Below are positions 1-7,164 of a DNA stretch of 64,000 nucleotides, piece after piece. Source of the DNA: Spirochaetia bacterium. GTDB lineage: Bacteria > Spirochaetota > Spirochaetia > WTKD01 > G963693115. How positions within the stretch are numbered: the stretch's first letter is position 1; each line of letters opens with the position of its first letter. Position numbers and translations under genes: made by a program. The DNA is taken from contig OZ245332.1 of the NCBI GenBank assembly GCA_965226065.1, forward strand, positions 1,316,774 through 1,380,773. Direction: 5' to 3'. The notes beneath the pieces are model-generated. The model made no database searches and was not told where the DNA came from. It saw only the letters and a program-made list of their open reading frames with translations.

Positions 1-398
1 TTGCAAGCGGTGTACAAGTTGTATATGCCATACATCCGGTAGCAGGACGCATGCCAGGACACATGAATGTTTTGCTTGCAGAAGCACAAGTACCATACGA
101 AAAACTTTTGGAGTTAGAGCCTGCGAATGAGCAATTTCCTTCGACTGATGTCGTGCTTGTTATTGGTGCAAACGATGTGGTAAACCCCGCTGCACAAGAT
201 AGTCCAGGAAGCCCTATTTACGGTATGCCCATTTTGGACGTAAAACTTGCAAAGACAGTTGTTGTGTTTAAGCGAAGTATGCGTGCAGGTTATGCGGGCG
301 TAGAAAATCCGCTGTTTTTTAAGGAGAACACACGCATGCTTTTTGGTGATGCGAAAGATAGTTTGACAAAATTAAAAACGGAGATTACCAGCATATAG
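1..398 (+). CDS. pntB: NAD(P) transhydrogenase subunit beta, 3' part (runs off window start)
   Basis: Frame is open from the window start: ...[23 protein letters not shown]...[11 protein letters not shown]...PIYGMPIL...KRSM...[10 protein letters not shown], all PntB domain III motifs. Confidence 0.97.
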   Translation, partial: ASGVQVVYAIHPVAGRMPGHMNVLLAEAQVPYEKLLELEPANEQFPSTDVVLVIGANDVVNPAAQDSPGSPIYGMPILDVKLAKTVVVFKRSMRAGYAGVENPLFFKENTRMLFGDAKDSLTKLKTEITSI

Positions 399-422
399 CA
401 TGCTAATTATCTAAGAACAAAA

Positions 423-465
423 TCATAAAAAAAGGATGTGAAATTTTCACATCCTTTTTTTATGA
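423..465. terminator. Bidirectional intrinsic terminator between convergent pntB and aspA
   Basis: Perfect 21-bp inverted repeat tcataaaaaaaggatgtgaaa / tttcacatcctttttttatga, with A7/T7 tracts in the arms giving U-tails on both strands. Confidence 0.85.
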
Positions 466-537
466 CTAATTTTTGTTATGATAACTTACGAGTGAGCAAA
501 ATATGTGGTTTTGCCTTACTAAATTTATTTAGTGAAT

Positions 538-1959
538 TTATTCTTTAGAATGTTTGCTTGTCATACGAGAACTTAACATTTTTTCAGGCAGTAGTAATTG
601 TTCTATCTCTTCGTCTGAAAATAATTTTTTCTCTTTTACAAGATCAAAGATGCTTTTTTGTGTTTGGAGGGCTTCTTTCGCAAGGCTTGAAGTGGTTTCA
701 TAGCCTAAAATAGGGGCAAGCGCAGTAATAATGCCTATACTATTCATGACCATGTCACGGCAGTGTTTTTTATTAGCCGTGATGCCGTTTATACAATTAT
801 TGGTTAAAATTTTCATGCCTTTTTCCAGCATTCTCCCCGATTCAAAGATGCTTTGGGTGATTATGGGCATCATTGCGTTTAATTGTAGTTGTCCCGCTTC
901 AGCTGCCATAGTCACGCACAAGTCGTTGCCTATAACTTTGAAGGAAACTTGATTCAGCAATTCGGGAATTACAGGATTGACTTTTCCGGGCATAATGGAA
1001 GAACCCGGTTGCATCGGAGGCAGGTTTATTTCGTTAAGACCACAGCGCGGACCAGAAGAAAGAAGACGCAAATCATTGCAGATTACCGAGAGTTTTACTG
1101 CGAGACGCTTAAGCGCAGAAGAATATATAATGTACGAGCCTGTATCGTGTGTTGCTTCTATGAGATTGCTTGAGAGCTTTATGTATTCTCCGCTCATTTC
1201 GCGCAAATACTTTATGCATAGCTTTGCGTATTCGGGTTCTGAGTTTATGCCTGTGCCAATTGCCGTGGCTCCTATGTTTACTTCTAAAAACAAACTTGCC
1301 ATTTGCAATAGTCGTTCTACTTCTTCTTCAAGGGTCACTGCATATGATTCGAATTCTTGCCCAAGTGTCATTGGTACTGCGTCTTGGAGTTGCGTACGCC
1401 CCATTTTGATGATGTTTTTAAATTCCACACCTTTTTTTCTAAAAGCTGCTATTAACGTTGTTAAGTCTTGTATCAATTTTTTGTTATGTCTAAAAATGGC
1501 AATGCGCAATGCCGTGGGATAGGTGTCATTGGTTGACTGTGAAAGGTTTACGTGATTGTTAGGGTGACAATGTTGATACTCACCTTTTTGGTAACCCATT
1601 ATTTCAAGTGCTCTGTTTGCAATGACTTCGTTTGCATTCATGTTTGTTGAGGTGCCAGCACCACCTTGCACCATATCTACAATAAATTGATCATGGAAAG
1701 AGCCATCAATAATTTCTTCGCAGGCTTTTGCAATAGCATCAAATATATTTTTATCGAGCAAGCCTAAATCGTAATTTGCACGCGAAGCTGAATACTTTAC
1801 CATGGCAAATGATGATATAAAAACAGGATATCGTTTTAGCTGTACGCCGCTCATATTCTTGAAATTTTCATGAGCACGAAGTGTTTGTATACCAAAGTAG
1901 TTTTTATCTGAAACTTGTCTTTCTCCAAGCAAGTCATGTTCTATACGATTTTTATTCAT
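538..1959 (-). CDS. aspA: Aspartate ammonia-lyase
   Basis: RIEHDLLG, YFGIQTLRA, QGGAGTSTNMNANEVIAN, KMGRTQLQDAVP and the SSIMPGKVNPV signature. Confidence 0.96.
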   Translation of the reverse strand: MNKNRIEHDLLGERQVSDKNYFGIQTLRAHENFKNMSGVQLKRYPVFISSFAMVKYSASRANYDLGLLDKNIFDAIAKACEEIIDGSFHDQFIVDMVQGGAGTSTNMNANEVIANRALEIMGYQKGEYQHCHPNNHVNLSQSTNDTYPTALRIAIFRHNKKLIQDLTTLIAAFRKKGVEFKNIIKMGRTQLQDAVPMTLGQEFESYAVTLEEEVERLLQMASLFLEVNIGATAIGTGINSEPEYAKLCIKYLREMSGEYIKLSSNLIEATHDTGSYIIYSSALKRLAVKLSVICNDLRLLSSGPRCGLNEINLPPMQPGSSIMPGKVNPVIPELLNQVSFKVIGNDLCVTMAAEAGQLQLNAMMPIITQSIFESGRMLEKGMKILTNNCINGITANKKHCRDMVMNSIGIITALAPILGYETTSSLAKEALQTQKSIFDLVKEKKLFSDEEIEQLLLPEKMLSSRMTSKHSKE

Positions 1960-2255
1960 TGTTTACCACATTTACAAGATGTATTTTTCCGTTGTTCATA
2001 CTGTACCTTATCCTTACATACTATCGTAACTCGCTATGTGATTACAATAAAGAACCGCTTTATAGAAGGGACTTATACACATCATTTTTTCATGCTTCAT
2101 CAATGTAGAATTGACGATATCACATAAAAATTTAAGTATAATCTTATTATATTAGTGTATCACGTTGATTGATGAAATGTGTTTTGATTATAGGTATTCG
2201 TCTTTGTGAACAGGAGAAAGGCCTTTAAAGTGCATTTATTTTATTCTTAGAATTT

Positions 2256-2876
2256 ATGCTGGAAAAAGCGTGTAAAAAATTTAGAATGGAAAAAAAATTC
2301 TTCAAAGAACTTATTCGAAAATTGATGCATATGTCATTTGTTGCATGTGCATTTTTCATAACTCATTTTTCAAATGCTATTAGAGGAATTGAAGTCGTAC
2401 TAATAGCGATAGGAGTTTTTTATTACGTATTGGAACAATTGCGTTTGCAAAAGAAAAGAATTCCTTTTTTTTCGTATATTGAGAATATTGTCTTGCGTGA
2501 GAGTGAAAAAAATCAGTTTGCATATGCGCCGCTTACACTTTTAATAGGCATTGTACTTGTGATGGAATTTTACACACTCAATGTTGCTGCAGCTTCTATT
2601 ATTGCAGTTACCATAGGAGATGCGATGGCAGCGATTATGGGTACTTTGTTTTCAAATTCTCCACGATTGGCATGGAACAAAAAGAAAACATATGTAGGAA
2701 CCGTAACAAATGCCGTATGTGTGTTATTGGTATGCGTGTTTTTTTTCAAGTCGTGGAAAATTAGTGTCATAACAAGCATTTCATCGGCTTTAGTAGAAAG
2801 TCTTGATTTAGAACATGTCGATAATCTTATTATTCCCTTGTTTGTTGGTGTGTCGTTATATTTAACCGTTGTATAA
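2256..2876 (+). CDS. Diacylglycerol/polyprenol (dolichol/phytol) kinase family membrane protein
   Basis: RKLMHM, GDAMAAIMG, KKTYVG and DNLIIPL motifs in a multi-TM protein. Confidence 0.8.
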   Translation: MLEKACKKFRMEKKFFKELIRKLMHMSFVACAFFITHFSNAIRGIEVVLIAIGVFYYVLEQLRLQKKRIPFFSYIENIVLRESEKNQFAYAPLTLLIGIVLVMEFYTLNVAAASIIAVTIGDAMAAIMGTLFSNSPRLAWNKKKTYVGTVTNAVCVLLVCVFFFKSWKISVITSISSALVESLDLEHVDNLIIPLFVGVSLYLTVV

Positions 2877-2892
2877 AAGAATGTGAGTTATT

Positions 2893-3663
2893 TTATAATT
2901 TGTAGATAAGGTAGCGCTTGATATTCAATATAGAGTTACCTATAAGAATACCGCTAAGGAAAACATTAAAAACTTTTGAATTTGAAAAGAGAAGTAATTG
3001 CGTTGCAACGATGAATATCATCATTATAAAAAATTCAAAAAAGGCTATTCTTTTTTTGATGTGCAGTTGCATGTAATAAAAAAAATATAAAATCAGTATT
3101 ATTGAATACAAAATTACCGCTGAAAAAATAAAAATGTATTCACCACCTACATATAAGCTTAGAGATGATGCATTGGTATAAATAATAGGTGCGGCTATGC
3201 TTATTTTAAATGCAAAAGCAAGTGAAAACAAAAACAGCAATATTGAGTAAGGCATGTTTCGCACATGCATGCATACGATGGAAAAGAACCAAAATAACCC
3301 CATCGCAATGTAAAATCCGCTATAAATTTTTATGGATGTATGAGCTGTTGATGCTTTTTCTAGCATACCGTAGTAAAAATGTGTTCGTATTATAATAAGA
3401 GGAATGCTGCTTATCAGTGCAGCAATGAAAAAAAATTGATGTAAATTCATCATGTGTGTACGTAACACAAATAGTATGAGTAATGTGCTTATAAGTAATA
3501 CAAGTGCTAAGAACATACATAAATCATGCATTAAATCATTGTTTATTTGAAAGTGGACTAATAGCTCTTCTTCATCTATTAAATACAGAAAAAACCATAC
3601 TAATACAAGCATGATACAGGCTGTGTAGATTAGTAAAATTATTTTTCGTGCCGATGTTCCCAT
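2893..3663 (-). CDS. Hypothetical polytopic membrane protein
   Basis: 256-aa ORF with about 7 hydrophobic segments; no family motif recognised. Confidence 0.6.
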   Translation of the reverse strand: MGTSARKIILLIYTACIMLVLVWFFLYLIDEEELLVHFQINNDLMHDLCMFLALVLLISTLLILFVLRTHMMNLHQFFFIAALISSIPLIIIRTHFYYGMLEKASTAHTSIKIYSGFYIAMGLFWFFSIVCMHVRNMPYSILLFLFSLAFAFKISIAAPIIYTNASSLSLYVGGEYIFIFSAVILYSIILILYFFYYMQLHIKKRIAFFEFFIMMIFIVATQLLLFSNSKVFNVFLSGILIGNSILNIKRYLIYKL

Positions 3664-3741
3664 GTACAGTAATTATACAATTAAATGCTTTATGAACCTT
3701 CGTAAACATCCGAAAAGGGAGTATGTAGAGGTTTATAAAAG

Positions 3742-4446
3742 GTGAAACAGTACTTTTTCATAATAACTTTTCTCATTTCTGTAATTGTACAGGTGCATTC
3801 TGGTGAAGTTGCACGCTATAGAATAGTGGGAATATCAAGTGATTCTCAGTATTTAGCGTTTGTAGAATATGGGATAACTCAAGAAAATCAAATGTTTACG
3901 AACATGTCGATAGTGGATATTCCACAAAATGCATTTATCGCGAATGGCATTCGACAAAATGTATACGATGTTACGTTGCAGATAGATCAAGATGGCATCA
4001 ATGCCTTGCTAAAAACCGTAGTTACAAATAGCATGCTTCTTAAGCAATATAATGTAGATTTACTAAATTCTGGAAAACTTATATATATATTACTTAATGG
4101 AGATGTAACATCTAACTCCATATTTTTTACTGATTACGATACTGATATCAGCTATTCTGCGACATTGTCACAGAATATAAAAACAAGCGAAAACGGAAAT
4201 GCGAAAGTAACAGGTGCGTTTAACATAACAGCGACTGTTATACACAACGATGAAACTACTAGCCTTAGCATAGGATCTCCTGGACACTATAGAGCAGATG
4301 TAAAAAATTATCGTATACGGGCAGTGTATACAACACACGATAATACATCTCTTATATTTGTCATAGAAAAGCACATGGTTTCTCAAGTGTCAAAAAATGA
4401 TACGGATATTTACTACATGGTAGAAACTGCAAGATGGCGTAAATAA
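3742..4446 (+). CDS. DUF2259-like secreted protein (spirochete type)
   Basis: GTG start, signal peptide, then GEVARYRIVGISSDSQYLAFVEYG...IVDIPQNAF; recognised by eye. Confidence 0.7.
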   Translation: MKQYFFIITFLISVIVQVHSGEVARYRIVGISSDSQYLAFVEYGITQENQMFTNMSIVDIPQNAFIANGIRQNVYDVTLQIDQDGINALLKTVVTNSMLLKQYNVDLLNSGKLIYILLNGDVTSNSIFFTDYDTDISYSATLSQNIKTSENGNAKVTGAFNITATVIHNDETTSLSIGSPGHYRADVKNYRIRAVYTTHDNTSLIFVIEKHMVSQVSKNDTDIYYMVETARWRK

Positions 4447-4583
4447 CAATAGACATACATGAATATGATGTGTGCAATGATGCACAGGTGCTGCGTATAG
4501 AGTCTCTTTGTTTATTGACAACACAATCGTGTTTTGATATTATTCATATGATGCAAAAATTACTTAGCGGAGTAAATAGACGT

Positions 4584-5504
4584 ATGTCTCGTAAGTGCTT
4601 ATTCGCAGCAATTATTTTGATTTTTCATTTGCCATTACTAGGATTACTGCTTATATCAGCAGAATGTTCTCCTACGAACACTAGAGCAAAAAAAGCTCAG
4701 GAAAACGCACCAGAGACAGAAGAAACCACAAACGGTACAAAAGAAGCACCAGAGATAGAAGCTGCAGAATTCATAGCACAGGAGTACAAAAGCAAAGGCG
4801 ATGTTTATTTCAGAGCAAACGACTATCGCAAGGCAATAGAAAGTTATACAGAGGCTATTGCCTTGTTTACAGACAATAATGAGAAAGCGCGTTTATATGA
4901 AAAAATGACTAGGCTTTATATCATGTGCGTGCTTCGTAAACAGTGCCCGCCGAATTATAAAGCAAAAATAATAGAAGTCTTAGAAAAGGCTCTTAATTTG
5001 TATACAAAGAATGAAGATAAGGCAAAAACATACAAAAAAATAGGAGTACATTATCATTACAGTCTCAAAAATTATGAGAAGGCAATAGAAAGTTATACAA
5101 AGGCTATTGCCTTGCACACAGACAATAAACAGAAAACCAATGATTATATTGCATTAGCTGAAATAACAAGTAAGTTAAGAAACTACCATAAGGCAATAGA
5201 ACATTATACAGAAGCCATAAAGTACAATGAAGCTAAAAAAGCACTCATATACCAATACATAGGCACTGTTTATAGAGATGGCTTAAAAGACTACCGTAAA
5301 GCAATAGAATATTATACAAAGGTTATTGCTTTGTTTAAAGAGGAAGATATCGTAAGGCTTTCATCGGGTTATAAAGATAGAGCTAAAGCTTATTTATTGC
5401 TTGGAAATAAAGAGGAAGCAGCACAAGATACAGAACGTGCAGAAATAACGGAACGAGAAGTAAGTACACTTTTCAAAAAATTGTACTATCCTAAAAAAAC
5501 TTAA
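4584..5504 (+). CDS. Secreted or membrane-anchored TPR protein
   Basis: ATG at 4584 after ggag; hydrophobic N-terminus; repeated KAIESYTEAIALF-type TPR units. The ORF track starts at 4470. Confidence 0.8.
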   Translation: MSRKCLFAAIILIFHLPLLGLLLISAECSPTNTRAKKAQENAPETEETTNGTKEAPEIEAAEFIAQEYKSKGDVYFRANDYRKAIESYTEAIALFTDNNEKARLYEKMTRLYIMCVLRKQCPPNYKAKIIEVLEKALNLYTKNEDKAKTYKKIGVHYHYSLKNYEKAIESYTKAIALHTDNKQKTNDYIALAEITSKLRNYHKAIEHYTEAIKYNEAKKALIYQYIGTVYRDGLKDYRKAIEYYTKVIALFKEEDIVRLSSGYKDRAKAYLLLGNKEEAAQDTERAEITEREVSTLFKKLYYPKKT

Positions 5505-5551
5505 AATTATAAATCTCGCTAAGGTGTACTGATAAAACATTTTCTGTACGC

Positions 5552-5714
5552 TTTGAAAAAAAATCATTTTAAATACTTATTTAGAAGTACGCGCAAGAAT
5601 CATACGCATAGTAGAAAAACACTTACACTAGCACGGTGAAGATTTATAGCTCTCTTTATCCTTACAAAAAAGTAAGGCGTAAACGAGATATAGCTGCGGT
5701 AAAATTTTCATATA
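5552..5714 (+). repeat. 163-bp leader, copy 1 (upstream of 5716 gene)
   Basis: Direct repeat of 7002-7164 with 4 substitutions by eye; contains a bulged hairpin around ccttac-aaaaaa-gtaagg. Confidence 0.95.
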
Positions 5715-5715
5715 C

Positions 5716-6978
5716 ATGAAAAGAGCAGAAGAATTTAAGCAAATAAAAGAAGAATTTGAAAACATAAAAGCAGAGCTTAATGACAAAATTGAAAAATGTA
5801 ATACTGTCATTGAATTTGCAAATCAAATACAAGATCTTACTACTAAAAAAAATGCAATAGATGAATTTTTTAACAGCATTCATGAAGGTAATAACGGACA
5901 AGAATCTTTAAATATGCAGGTAGATAATGTATATGAAAAAATACAAGAATTCAATGAAAAGATTGAAGAGTCTACTAATAAGCAAGATGAATTAAATCAG
6001 TATTACATAGAAATATTTGGAGCATTAAACGAAGAAACACAAACAAGAGAAGATGGTTTTCAGCAGGAAGTAGAAACATTACAATTGCAGATACAAAAAG
6101 TAGAGAAATTTTTTGAAAATATTGATGATTTAGAACAACGCAAAAATAACACATATAACACAATACAAGAACTCAATGAAAAGATTGAAGAGTCTACTAA
6201 TAAACAAGATGAACTAAATAAGTATTACATAAGAATATTTGGATCATTAAACGAAAGAACACGAACAAGAGAAGGTGGGCTAAAGCAAGAAATAGAGATG
6301 CGCCGAGAGGGACTTGATACATATAAGAAAGAACAAGAAGATGTAATAAAAACATTGAAAAAAAAGATTCACAGATTAATGTCGAGTGCTGTGAGTGTTG
6401 GGCTTGCGAAGTCCTTTGCTGATGAAAAGAAAAAATTTAAGGAAGAAGTAGAAAAACATAGTAAATACTTTACATGGTGTATTGCTAGTTTAGTTTTACT
6501 TGGTGTAGGTAAATTTTTGTATGATGTTTTTTGGAACAAAACTATTGATGTTTTTACAATTAGTAATGTTTTGGTTTCTTTTTTGTCAACATTGCCTTTG
6601 TTTGCACCATTACTATGGTTAGCATATTCTTTTGCAAAAAGACGGAATGCATACGCCATGCTTTATCAAGAATACATGCATAAAGAAGCCTTTGCTAACT
6701 CATATAGTAGTTATAAACAACAAATAGAAGACTTACAAGATAACGATACAACATTACTCAATGAGTTATTAGAAAAAGCAATAAGAATTATTGCGAGAAA
6801 CCCAACGCATGTACTAACAAAAAAACATTCATCAGACTTGCCTATTGAAGAAATAGCGGTACTTATAAAAGCTTGCAAAGGTAATACAGAAGCGATTGCG
6901 AATGTTATAGATAATTTTCTAACACCAAAGCATAATAAGAACGAAGAAGATGAATCAAGTGACAATAATACTTCTTAA
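5716..6978 (+). CDS. Coiled-coil protein with two C-terminal TM helices, unknown function
   Basis: E/K/N/Q-rich helical N-terminus, two hydrophobic segments, then QEYMHKEAFANSYSSYKQQIE; has an internal duplication. Confidence 0.75.
   Translation: MKRAEEFKQIKEEFENIKAELNDKIEKCNTVIEFANQIQDLTTKKNAIDEFFNSIHEGNNGQESLNMQVDNVYEKIQEFNEKIEESTNKQDELNQYYIEIFGALNEETQTREDGFQQEVETLQLQIQKVEKFFENIDDLEQRKNNTYNTIQELNEKIEESTNKQDELNKYYIRIFGSLNERTRTREGGLKQEIEMRREGLDTYKKEQEDVIKTLKKKIHRLMSSAVSVGLAKSFADEKKKFKEEVEKHSKYFTWCIASLVLLGVGKFLYDVFWNKTIDVFTISNVLVSFLSTLPLFAPLLWLAYSFAKRRNAYAMLYQEYMHKEAFANSYSSYKQQIEDLQDNDTTLLNELLEKAIRIIARNPTHVLTKKHSSDLPIEEIAVLIKACKGNTEAIANVIDNFLTPKHNKNEEDESSDNNTS
5940..6279 (+). repeat. In-frame internal duplication (about 118 bp; 5940-6057 and 6162-6279)
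   Basis: IQEFNEKIEESTNKQDELNQYYIEIFGALNEETQTRE versus IQELNEKIEESTNKQDELNKYYIRIFGSLNERTRTRE, offset 222 bp. Confidence 0.9.
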
Positions 6979-7001
6979 AGCACAACTACATCAGTGAGGC
7001 A

Positions 7002-7164
7002 TTTGAAAAAAAATCATTTTAGATACTTATTTAGAAATACGCGCAAGAATCATACGCATAGTAGAAAAACACTTACACTAGTACGGTGAAGATTTATAGC
7101 TCTCTTTATCCTTACAAAAAAGTAAGGCGTAAATGAGATATAGCTGCGGTAAAATTTTCATATA
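7002..7164 (+). repeat. 163-bp leader, copy 2 (upstream of TPR-DUF2971 gene)
   Basis: Direct repeat of 5552-5714 at offset 1450; ends at the ATG of the 7164 ORF. Confidence 0.95.

Noticed and set aside
731-1522. Plus-strand ORFs overlapping aspA, and similar shadow ORFs across the window (e.g. 26639-27238, 35086-35649, 37051-37581, 61402-61872)
   Set aside because: Antisense to well-supported genes, with no motifs or RBS.
5645-5692. Integron attC site in the duplicated leader
   Set aside because: The hairpin is bulged but lacks RYYYAAC/GTTRRRY ends, and no tyrosine recombinase is present; kept only as a generic structured repeat.
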